NCBI GenBank assembly: GCA_012295275.1
Contig: CM022667.1
Coordinates: 22,320,001 to 22,384,000 of the forward strand
Origin: Chrysomallon squamiferum
Taxonomy: Eukaryota > Animalia > Mollusca
Direction: 5' to 3'
Length of the DNA: 64,000 bases
Shown here: piece by piece, positions 41,390 to 53,330 of the stretch
How the letters are laid out: every line of letters starts with the position of its first letter
Position numbering within the stretch: the stretch's first letter is position 1
Notes under the pieces: generated by a model
The model's input: only the letters and a program-made list of their open reading frames with translations
Database searches by the model: none
What the model was told of the DNA's origin: nothing
Made by a program: the position numbers and the translations under genes

Positions 41390-41863
41390 GTACATTACTA
41401 TCTAAATATCACACTTATTCATTATCATGTTGAACAACATTATTATAAACTATATATATTTACACAACTCACATACACCCACACATGTACCTACCTACGA
41501 ACGTACATACATACATACATATACACACACATATGCACACATATGCACACATATACATATATACATATTAAAGTATCTACCTAAATACCAAAAAAATTCA
41601 ACTAAAACAGTCACCATTTTTGCCTGTTTTGAACCCAAAGTAAACTTATAATATCGATAATCATATGTAGAAATTGGATAAGTAATTTTTTTTCGACAAA
41701 ACACAGCAGCTAGGAGTGGTCTAATATGTGCAGTAGTATAACACATTCACGTTTGCTCATTAGATAAAGTTGTTTTATTCTCTGTTTCAGAAATAATCGT
41801 CGATATTATAACACAGATTCGGTAAATAAGATCATTATGGTTCACGGAAATCGTTTTGAGCGC

Positions 41864-41896
<33 letters not shown>

Positions 41897-42266
41897 GTGA
41901 TGATGATAATGATGATTATAATTATAATGTTAATGATGACGAGAACGACGGCAAGTACGCGATTTTTTTTGTTATGCGCCATTGGGAGAAACTTTGAACA
42001 GAAATTGTTCTGCACCCACGCATATTTTTGAAACCACTAATTTCTCAACACCATTCTTAATTATTTTTCAAGTTTTATTAAATCATCATCTTTGGTGATA
42101 TATATATACATAAAACCACACCTCAATCAATTCTGTTTAATAATATGGATAATAAAATAGTATACAATTAAGAATGCTGAGACGTTTCAATTTCACCGTT
42201 ATTGCACTTCAAAATAAATAAATAAATACAAATGTTTGCCGAAAGTGGTTTTTTAGAACACACACA

Positions 42267-42322
<56 letters not shown>

Positions 42323-42797
42323 TAACAAATAAACAAATTTATACAAATTATTAAAAAAAAAAAAAAAATTATCTGATAAATAAATAAAACATACATTTTT
42401 AAAATGTGTTCGTCATTTCAACATCAGACTATTACTCTTTAAAGCGGAGTGGTTCTCTCATCTTGGTTAAATTTTGCATGAGACAATCTGAACATATGCC
42501 ATGCTGCCTTCAATTAAACCAGTGTTTATGAACTGTGTCAGGACATTTAATTGAATTTCTGCTTTCGTGATCAAAAGGGAAGCATTAGTGTGATAGTGGA
42601 GCGACTACTGGATTTAATAAATGGGGAGTGGCGAAGAAGGTTAAAAAAATAATAATAATAATAATAATAAAAACAAATATTCTGAGTTTTGGCAGATTAT
42701 TTGAATAACAATTTCGTATGTTACTTACCTTTGTTACGTTTTTTCGATTTACACATTGCATCAAGAGAGAGATAATGGAAACGACAAAAATAAATGA

Positions 42798-42849
<52 letters not shown>

Positions 42850-42957
42850 GAAAACCGCAATAAAACGATAACAAAAACAGTAGCAACTGTAACAATGAAA
42901 ATAACAATAATTAAAATCCGTATCACTAATTTTTAAACGTACTTCTAACTACGCTTG

Positions 42958-42993
<36 letters not shown>

Positions 42994-44089
42994 TGGAAGA
43001 CGAAGTTTATTTTTACCTAGGGTAAGAACAGATTTTCAATATTGCAACTCCGAGGCCAGTTATGCAGACCAGCTATTCAACTCCGTCAGATCACTATTCT
43101 TTCTACTGTCATCATACTATCTCTACCGTTACTACTACAACATATGTAACGACTACTACTATAGTAATAGCACCTGCACAATTCCTGGCATTACTATTAG
43201 CACCACCGTAACCTTCGCTAATGATTATTACAACCATGACAATCAACTGCTGCTACAACTATTACTGCTTCTAGTAATAATGATAGATTTGATGACGTAA
43301 AAATAAATTAATAAAAGCTAATAATAGTTTTTTTAAATAAATATTGTTCTATTTCTAAGCTGTATTTTTAAGAACTCAAAATTGTCTCAGCACGCTTCGT
43401 TCTCCTTACGTTTCTATTAATATTACGTTACTTGTTAAAATTCCCCGATTTGCTCATGAACATCTCATCTGTTAACGGACTTAATTTCATTTTAAATGTT
43501 ACATTTAGCTAAATCTAATTAGGCACTGGCCGCGGCTTTTGATAATGCCGTATGACGATGACTTCGACATTTTGAATTCTTTAATTCTATTATTATTTAT
43601 TTATTTACTTGTATTTTATTTATTTTAAATTTTTATCTTAAATTCAAATAAATCTTTTATAGCTCATATACCTGTGAATGTCGTAAATGTTATGGAGATT
43701 GTAATTCTTTCTTCTCCTTTTTGAGCCGTCTTAGTTGCAGAATTTGCTTATAATTAATTAAATAATTGAATAATAAAGAAAAAGAAAACTAAAAAAATAA
43801 CGGCAGCGTAAACTCCCAGGAGAAAAAGAAAAAAAGAAAACGGAAAGACCCGTACCTTAAGAAAAAAAAAAAGAAAGAAAGAAAAAAAAGCAATGAAAAT
43901 CCCCCAAAACCCGTAAAGAAAACAAACCATTTCTGCTCTGCTCTATTGTTATCACTGTTGATTTTTCGGGAACTGTATGAGTTGTTAAAAATATCAGAAA
44001 GATGTCGGTCAAGAAACGAGAACATAACTACTTATTATTCTCAAAGAGGTAACAGCAGATGCCGAAGAGAGAGAGGAAGTAGGAAAACG

Positions 44090-44322
44090 TCTCCAGGCGC
44101 GCATGCGTCGTCAATTAATAGGCTGAGATCAGACGAAGAAACGCTGGAAACATTCGATCCAGAGTTTAAGTTGATTCGCCTCGCTCTTCAGGAACAGTGC
44201 AAGCTTTTAGAGTAACAACGAAATGAAGTTATAAATGTGAATGTTTGAATATGCTTAGCGGTGTTCAGGAATAAAACGTTCTAAACAGAGCAGAAGACTA
44301 GCAGACACAGATTTCAATAAAA
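44090..44322 (+). promoter_or_regulatory. Candidate promoter and non-coding first exon, probably of the class C GPCR
   Basis: CpG-rich patch with an NRF1-type GCGCATGCG (44099-44107), followed by a consensus donor |GTAAGT at 44323. The link to the GPCR is inferred from orientation only. Confidence 0.45.
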
Positions 44323-44545
44323 GTAAGTTCAGAAGCTTTTAATTATATAACATTGCATGCAATAATTTAAAAAGAAAGTGTACGTGATTTGCTTGTAAAA
44401 TAATCTCTCAGATGTATATACCAAGGTTCTTTCATATGTTTTTTTTATGTTTATCCAGATGTTAAAGAGGAAATGTTTGTATCACTTATTAACCTGACGC
44501 CTGTTAAATAAATAAATAAATAAATAATAAAATAAAAAGTAGAAA

Positions 44546-44589
<44 letters not shown>

Positions 44590-47153
44590 CTGCTGTGAGG
44601 GGTTGCTGTGATCAACTCTGAATTTTTTTTGTAAGGACAATTCCAAATATGAATAAAATATGAGGATTATACAATATGATATCCTATTAAAAAAATAAAT
44701 AAAATAAAAGAAAATAAAAGAAAAATCATTAAAAAAGAAAAAAGAAAATTAAGAAACCTTTGGATATGGACCCCATCCCTAGTAACAAATTTAATAACCG
44801 TCCGTTTAATATGTCAGTAATATGAATATTTTGGTAATACAAATTAATTGTAGTTTAAACGTTGGATCTGGGTAGACGTATTAATGTATAGGGTTTATTT
44901 TACATTATATGCAGCACCATATTCAATTTACCAAGTCTGACAAAATTGTCTGAAATTGTTTAAATGTTATTTCACATTCAAAAGCATATTTTCCTTGTAA
45001 TTTCTTATTTTCTTCGTCATAACACTAAACCGATAAACTTAGAATCTCTAAGCCTCCAGTTATGTTTTTTGTAATATTTCTTCTAATCAGTGGTTTAAAT
45101 TAACTTCTTTCTGGATTGATGTTAGGTTCTGATCGAGTCACTTTATAATTAAGCTTTTTACATTTAAGTGTAAAAACTTTCGTTCTGCTTATAGACGTGT
45201 CCATCACCTTTGAACATTAATATTCCTTTTCGTTTTCTCTTGGACTTTCTTGTAGCATGATGTTTGCTTGGAGCAATGACAATGTCGTTTTACTGTTTAC
45301 ATATTTATTTTGCGTTTTCCAGTAATATTTGTTGTCAGATCGTCCAGAACTCGTGTAGATACTTTACGTTACAAATATTTTTATTTCCAAGTTTTCTTTA
45401 GCTTTGCTTCCCATCTCGTTGCATAGAGAATACAATAGTGCATGGTAAAGACTTACGTGTGTGATATATATGTGTATGATATGGTTGATGTAGCTGTGGA
45501 GCAGAAAATCTGTTTATGTTTATTGAAAAAAAAAAATGAAAAAAATTATGAAGTAAATTTCTAAATCAAATGATTTAACAGCACTTTTAGAGTTTAATAT
45601 TATTTATTACGGCCAAAACATTATTATAAATTTTGCAAAGCTTTCTCTTTCTCTCTTTAATATTATTACTGACTTTTTCTTATTTTTGTTTGTTTGTTTG
45701 TTTATTTTGCATCTTTTAATCACTTACTATACAATGCATGTTATAGTAATGAAACTATCAAAGAAAACTTTTCTGTTGTTTTTTCATTCTCTCTCTCTCT
45801 TTCTCACGCGCATATACACACAGTCACAAACACACACATAAGAGAGAGCGAGTTATATGATCTTAAACATTTCGAAATAATGAAATAGGAATAACGCAAA
45901 TATCATTTTCTTGACATTCTTGTGTTATAGAAGAAACCCCCCAGTAACGAACACTTCTTAATGTTACAGTAATATACATTTTGCTTTCTAACCCTCTCCT
46001 ATACACTCCTGATAAATGGACAATAAACGTTGTATAACAACACCAAGATATAAAATAGGTTTGAACACTTTTTCTGACTGTTTAACTAATACATTGTCTT
46101 CTCCAGGATGTCTTATTGGATTTGTTTCTAATAAGGCACTTAATTAAATGTGTATATCACTTGGAAGAGAAAAAGAATTAGTAATAACAAGTTAAAGTAC
46201 AGTGCAGTATAATATAGTACAGAAGAGTTCAGTACTATGAAGTACAGAAAAAAAGAACTATTCAGTAATATATTATTACAATACGGTATAGAATAACATA
46301 ACAGAATGCATTCGTAAAGCTTCACTATTGTGTACCTGCAATAGAAACAAGATAGAAGTACTTCTAAAATACATAAACTATCTAACGCATTCTTATATTC
46401 TTCACTTGAGTTTTTCTATGCTTTTCTCTCTGCCAGTACTAAACTATTTTTACCGTATTTAGTTTTCTGATGACTTTCACATACATCTCGGTTAATACGG
46501 ATGTAATCTCAATTATTGTTATTTAAGAGAACTGGTAATATTTTTAAGACGAAGAATTTGAGAAATCTTGTCGAATGATAAATCGGAATTAAAAAAGAAA
46601 ATAAGAAGACAAAAATAAAAAAAAAGAATATTCGAAAAGGAAGTTCACCATTGACACATTTTTTCATCATAAAAGTGGCGTTACAAATTGTAATTCAATA
46701 TTATTTCCATTTTGACTATCATTTTTCTGGTTCCTGTTTTTAATATTTTATAGCAAGACTAAATTTTTATAACACAGTAATAACTTCGATTAATCCGCGT
46801 CCAATTATCTAACATTAATCTTGTAATGTGTATTATAATAATAAAAATGTATAGAATATACCAGCAAGAGGATTTGAAAAGATATAATGATTAAATTACA
46901 GAAAATATAAAGTTTTCTAAGGGCACCAGCTTTTTGGAAGTTAAATAATTTATAAAACGTATGAATACTTGGTTTAGACAGACCGAAAAATGATGGCTAA
47001 CTGTTTCATTGATTTAAATATATATATATATATACACACATATAAACCATACATGTAAAGTATATAATGAAACTCATCCCTTATAGTTATTACGCAAAAT
47101 ACATATATTTTCCTTCAAAGGTGCCAAATCTCGATTACAATGTAGATTAAAAA

Positions 47154-47209
<56 letters not shown>

Positions 47210-48139
47210 CAACAACAACAGCAACGATATCGATAGCAACGACAATAGTATCACGGGGCTCACACCTTTAGTCTAGGGTAACAAGGTGCTTTAATGGTCA
47301 CCTAACAAGGAATATAAACGCTAAATTGACAGCAATCTATAAAAATAAATAAGTCTATATATCCATTACAGAAATAAATACTACAAAAGTTAAGGTTCAC
47401 GTTAATTATTTAATTATGATATACAGGTGTCTTGATAATAATACATTATACATACGTTTAAGTAATTTTGATTAATGATACAAGAAAGGTCATACGGGGA
47501 ACGAAGACAAAATAATTACCGAAACTGAAACTGAAAAAATATTAACGTGCTAATCAGAGCAAGTTGTGAAACACGTAATAATTACCAGGAATAGGAATAG
47601 GAAAAAAATTCGGCACAATCTCTCAGCCATCACCGGGTCCGTGTTGTTTGCCGTCCTGGTGTTCTGCTCTTGGCTGCTGTCGTTGTGTCTTTTTGGCTGC
47701 TGTTGTTGTTTCTTTTTGGCTGCTTCCTTCTGGTCCACGTAGTCCAAACCTGTTTTTTTTTTGTTTTTTTTTTTTTGCTAAAACAAATAAGAACATAAAT
47801 GTAGTTAACTTATTTACATTTTATTTTAATTTAAAAGATGTTATAAATCCTGAAGCTAGGACTAAGAAAATGAAAAAAAAAAAAATCAATTAATTAAATT
47901 ATAAAAAAAAAATTAAATTGAAATAAGACACCATAACCGGGTTAGTAGTTTCTGAAAGTGGGTTCGTATAGTACGTTTATCATTTTTTAATTATTAATTT
48001 AATTGGCCATTCAAACTGATTCGTCAATCAGCCGATCCATCCGTAGATCCATCAGCTGTTCAACCAATCAGTCCGCAAGTCAATAGATTTATATAATTGT
48101 TGTTTGTTTTCGTGTCAAAAAAAAAAAAAAAAAAAAGGT

Positions 48140-50285
48140 TTAAAGTTTGTGTTTTGTTTTGAGAATGTAATTTGTTACTGCAGCGAGGACTAACTCTCTG
48201 TCTTTCATGTTTGGTGTCAGGATGTGTTGGAGCGTGAACTCGATTTTTAGTTCCTCCAATGTATTGCGTAGTGCTTGTCTTTCCTTGGCAAAATTTGGAC
48301 AGTGAAACAAGTAGTGTTTCATGGTTTCTGAGAGTCCACAACTGCAGTTGGGTGATGTGGTGATGTTATGTTTGTATCGAATTGCGTTTAGGTTGGTTGA
48401 GTAACCAATTCTGGCTTTGGTGAGACTGTTGTTGTGTAGTTTGTTGGCGAGTGTGATTTTGGGTGTTTTGGCGAGTGGTTTGATGTTTAAGTGCTATTTG
48501 TTTTTGGTGTTGTTCCATTCGTTTTGCCATTGTTTGTCGTAAGTTTGGCTGCGATGGAGACAATTTCGTTTATTCCGTAATGTATGTCTGTGCAGATGTC
48601 TTCGTCTTTAATGCTGAGTGACTCTTTGGCGTAATGGTCGGCAAGTTCGTTGCCGATGATGCCGACGTGTGCTGGGAGCCACTCGATGGTTAGTTCTTTC
48701 TTGTTGTGTTGTATTTCCTCGTGTAGTTGTTGTATTTTGCTGAGCAGGTCTGTCTGCTGGAACTTCCGGATTGTATTAGACTGTCCGAGAATATGACTGT
48801 GTGGTTGTTGTTGTTGTGTTTTACCCACAGCATGGCTCTGATGATGGCTACCAACTCGGCCGTATATACCGAAAGGTGATTTCTGATACGGCCGAATTGT
48901 ATGCATGTGGGTTTGTTTGTGCGATCTTGGGCTATAAAGGCGAATCCTGCTCTCCCGTTGTCTAGGTTTTTGGATCCGTCAGTGTAGATGTGCGTGTGTT
49001 GTTTGTAGTGGTCGTTTGCTGCTGCCAAAAAAATGTTTTTTTTGAACGGTGGGATCTCTGTTTTGTCAGTTTCTCTTTTGATCAGGAAAGGTGTGTTTAT
49101 TGTTGGTTTTGTTTCTTTGTGGTATGCCGGCAGTGGCATTTCACCTATTCCTGTTTCCCTTTCGATTTCGCTAGCTGTTGTCGGGAAATTCGATAGTAGT
49201 AGACTATGCGATTTGAAGAGTTGTCCTATCCTTTGTTCGTCGGGACCAGATCCTTGACCGGGTGGTCTGTGTTCAGTGTGTGTATTTTCAGGTTGTATTT
49301 TAGTAGCTGCAGTTTTCTTCTGTATTTTAATGGTTGGATGCTGTATTCCGACAGGAGGCTGTCGGATGGTGTTGTGTTTGGCAGGTGGCCGATCACCCTG
49401 AGGGCACTTGATTGAATTATATCTAGTTTTTTTAAATAGTGTTGGTGAGTGATGCGCAGTAGGCGTCGATGTCGTTGGGGTTCTGCGTGTTGATGTTTCT
49501 GCATGCTTTGTAGAAGCCTTCCCAGTCTGCTTTGTTGAAGTTCCATTTCGGTGTGAAGATGGATCTGTCCGAGAAGGTGTTCTTGCTGTTGTAGTTGGTG
49601 AGTATCGGGTGGTGGTCGCTGTTTAGGTCATCGAGCACTTGCCATTCGGAGAGCGCTGCGATGTCCTTGCTTGTGAATGTTACTTCAATGGCGGTTTGGC
49701 CACCATTGATGTCGCTAGTGTATGTGAATGTTCCGTCGTTCAAACAGACCAGGTGGTTTTGTTTTAGGAAATCTTCGAGGACGATTCCAGGGCTGTCGTC
49801 TGTCAAGCCACCATAGGGTGTTGTGACAGTTGAAATCGCCCACTATAATGACCTTGTTCTTTGTTGTGATCATTTTGTTTAAATCGTGGGTTTGAATGGT
49901 GTGTAGTGCGGGAGTGGGTGGGCTGTATACGTTAATGATGTCGATGTTTTGATTGTTGTTGTGTATTGTGATGCTTAGTATTTCTATGTTGGCGTGAACT
50001 TTGGCTTGGTTCAGCTTGGTGTGTGGAATGTCTTGTTTGACGAGAGTCATGATGCCTCCCCGGGTGCTGTTGTATCTGTTGACGTAATGACTTTGGTACC
50101 CGGGGACCTTTATGGTTTTTGTTGTTTTGTTGTTTTGTTGTTTTTGTTGTAATGTCCCAGCCATGTTTCTTGAATGCATATTATGTCCGGTGTGTTTGTA
50201 GTGGAGGCCAGGAAGTGTAGTAGTTCGTCTCCGTGGCCTGTTGAGTGAAGGCCTTTGGCGTTCCATTGAAGAACGGAGAGGCCTG
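48140..50285 (-). pseudogene. LINE ORF2 remnant: APE endonuclease + RNase H + CCHC finger, no RT
   Basis: SVLQWNAKGL, PDIICIQETWL, IINVYSPP, VGDFNCHNTLW, LNDGTFT, SDHHPI, KWNFNKADW. Then directly KKLDIIQSSALR, IYTDGSK, SVYTAELVAI, IFSDS, EWLPAHVGIIGNELADHYAK, CSCG..ETMKHYLFHC. Confidence 0.88.
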
Positions 50286-50329
50286 TGTTCTTGGTGTGCT
50301 TATCGTGAAGAGTTTGTAAATGGTTGTTA

Positions 50330-51805
50330 CTGTTTGTTTTGTTTTGTTTTTGTTCACTGTTTTTTGTGTTTGTAGATTTCTCCTGTCTGTGTGTAGTTTT
50401 AGTCTTTTGTCGTGTGTGTCTATCTTGAAGCCCAAGCTGTCTTCAATTATCTGGGCTACTGTCTGCTCCAAATTGGCGTCATCATTTGTGTTTCCTTTAT
50501 TGGTTCTGATGTTCTGAAGCTCTATCAGGAGGCAGACAATAATTTTGTGGATTTCTGCGATCCTGACCTCCTTGTCGAGATTGTCTTTTGGTTTGTTGTT
50601 GTGTTGATCAATTTTTGTTTCTATAATGGTTTTGGTTTTTTGTTCAATTTTCTGACATTTTTTGTTGACGTTTTCTAAAATTTTGTTATCTCTCCTGTTG
50701 TGTTCAAAATTGTTCGTTGCTTTGATTTTGGCTGGGCACATCTTGTAGTGTGATTCGTGTGGGCCCTGGCAATTTGCGCATTTTGCCAGAGACCGGCATA
50801 GGCCTGAATTTCTGTGGTGATTTCCACCGCAGAAACTACACGTTAAATGTTTCGGGTTGTGTCTGTGGGTGCACTGGTTTGTGATGTGCCCCCATTTCTG
50901 ACAGTGGCCGCACTTGGGCAACTGCGGCCTCATTTCTGCCAGTGTATATTTGTATCCATCAATGGTGATGGTTGTGTTTACCAATTTGCTGTTAAATGTC
51001 AGTGTGGTCCAGTAGCTTGGATTTTACCACATTTCCACAGCGACTAATGTTGCATTGGTTTCTTTTATTAACTCTTTGTTAAACATCTCAAAGAAATCCA
51101 GTTTGTTGGCATGCGGGTAATAAAAACCCAAATCCTTTGAGATGTATTTATGCATTGTTGTATCTTTGGTTTTTGTTGCTTGTTTAGGTTGTTGTTGTTG
51201 TTGTTTGGTAATAGGAGTTTGTTTTGGCTGCTGTTGTGCAAGCAGTGTTTTGCTGGGTTGTTTTCTGTGTTTGTTTTGTGTCAGGGATTATTTTTGCTAA
51301 AACTCTGACGACAAATGTTTCGTCCCAGATTGTAATGTTGGGACCGATTGTTTTTAGTGTTTTTGTATCTACTTCGAAGTAGATTTCTTTTCCGTTTTTA
51401 TTATTGTTCACTTTTGTTGTTTTGTCAGTAATGTGTTAAGTAGCGCAACTGTTTGTCGATGTTTGTGTAATTTTGTTTGTGTACTGCGATGGTGGTTCGG
51501 CTGTGTGTGTGTTTTTTTTTTCTTCTTTTTGTGATTTTCCAAGCGTTTTGTTCGCTTTCGTCTTCGCTGTCTGTTTCCCTTAGCCTTGCCAAAATGTGTA
51601 GATTTCTATTTATAATTTTTGTTCTTCAGTTATTTCTGTGTCCGAATGTGTGTGTTGGACTGTTATCGGTTTTTTTCTTTTGTTTCCTGTTATGTGTTTT
51701 TTCGACGGAGCTAGGGCTCCTGTCCCTGGGTCGTTTTGGAACTCTAGTTTCCATGTCCGAGATATCTGTTCCCGAGCTGTACATTTTCGTGTTTTTTGTT
51801 GCCAT
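50330..51805 (-). pseudogene. LINE ORF1 (gag-like nucleic-acid-binding protein), frameshifted
   Basis: Starts MATKNTK...KRPRDRSPS. Knuckles CGHCQKWGHITNQC, CSFCGGNHHRNSGLC and CANCQGPHESHYKMC lie in the 50181-50984 frame. The 3' limit is approximate. Confidence 0.8.
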
Positions 51806-52851
51806 GTATGTTGTGTAAGTGTATGGGTTGTTGTTGTTTTGTGTTTTTTTTTTTTTTTTTAAATATATCGGTTTCAAAAATATATTTGGATTTTTTTTTT
51901 TTTTTTTTTTAAATATATAGTCAATTCTATATTCATTCAAAAAAGACTAAAGCTAACGCAACTCACTTTCAGATCGAGATAAAGATAAAAGATATATCGG
52001 TTATTTAAGATACCGGAAAGTAAAAGACAAAAGAGGAACAAACGGTAGAAAAGAAAAAAGAAAAGTAATAAAAGTAACAATAATACAAAAGCCTACAAAT
52101 AATATAAATAAGAATTTAAGTCTAAATAAATAAACAAAATGGTACAGTATCTTTTTCGTTTCTGAATTCCGCTCAGTAAGCACAATCCGTCCGTGAGTAT
52201 TCTTCACAGCTTATCTTCCGGGCTTACACCATGTCGGGACCGACCATCACGGTGAAGAGTCTGTTGTGAGAATGAATAATTACCAAATGCCAGCCCTTTT
52301 TATAATAACGCCATGGAGTTGAACAATTTGCGGAAATAATAAAGAGGATGTGATTGTAGCAATAAAGTTACGCATTTTCAATTCGATAGCTTAAAAATAA
52401 AAGGAGCGGATCTGACTGAAGTAACAAATTTGGTTACGCAATCTGAATTCCGTGACAAATAGCAAGACAAAAAACAGCAAATACAATAACAACAAAAATA
52501 ATAAATCGAAGATGAAAAATTTCGACGCCACAAATAGGAAAATATCAGCACCCATGAATTTTAAAAGCTTTAAAATAAATTTTTCCATTTGTAATATTCA
52601 CCCGCAAGAAACTAATTAAAAAGTAATTAAATGATTCTAGTTTCTATATCGTTATTGGCATTAATGCTCTGGTTATTACCTCAGCTCAAGCAGCTTGTAA
52701 CATATTTGCTCATGTAAATTTTAATAATAATTTATTGTAATGTTTTAATATCGACATTAATGTTTGCGGGAGTAATTTTCAGTAATAGTTAATAATGGTT
52801 AATAATTATGTTTTGAAACTGAGATTAATCCAAACATTTCGTTGTTTTCAG

Positions 52852-52930
52852 ATTATTGTTATCTTCAGCATCCATGGCCTACTGGAACACAGAAGAATAT
52901 TAACAAACGTAATGAAGCATACTGGTAAAG
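52852..52930 (+). other. Candidate 5'-UTR exon of the GPCR containing upstream ATGs
   Basis: Acceptor ttgttttcag| at 52851; donors at 52925 (gtaaag) or 52931 (gtagta). uORF ATG52874-TAA of 9 codons (MAYWNTEEY). Confidence 0.4.
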
Positions 52931-53330
52931 GTAGTAGTTAGTTAAGGAAAGAGAAAAAAAGAGAAACAAATATCTTTAGGCAGTAACAAAGATGTTAATA
53001 TTTGAAAATGCCGTTGTTATTTCAGTGATGAACATGTGGAGAAAAAACCATAAAAGATTTTTATGATTTTGACATATAAATAGTAATACGTAAAACTATT
53101 TGTACAATGTTAATTATGCAAAAGAAAAAGGTTAGTTTCAAGAAGCAGAAGAAGAATACAAAGAATAAATATTACACTATCGATTCAGAAGATTAAAATA
53201 AAAAGAAGAAATAAAAATATTTAACCTTGTTTCTATCGTGTTTAGTAATGTCGTTATTGTTTTCGGAACTATTTTCCAAAAGACTGACATTAATTATCGA
53301 TACTTATTGTGTTTACTGATTTTCAGTGAA

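Larger units (their letters stand above)
47588..52274 (-). mobile_element. I-group (Nimb/I-like) non-LTR retrotransposon with both ends intact and the RT domain deleted
   Basis: 11-bp TSD AATAATTACCA at 47577-47587 and 52275-52285. 5' end CATTCTC; 3' tail (TTCCTA)n. Gag-like ORF1 with three zinc knuckles; ORF2 remnants for APE endonuclease, RNase H and a C-terminal CCHC. Several frameshifts. Confidence 0.9.

Noticed and set aside
53238-53326. N-terminal extension of the 752-aa ORF from a GTG start
   Set aside because: It lies upstream of a good acceptor (tttcag, 53326) and is probably intronic. A GTG start is unlikely in this context.
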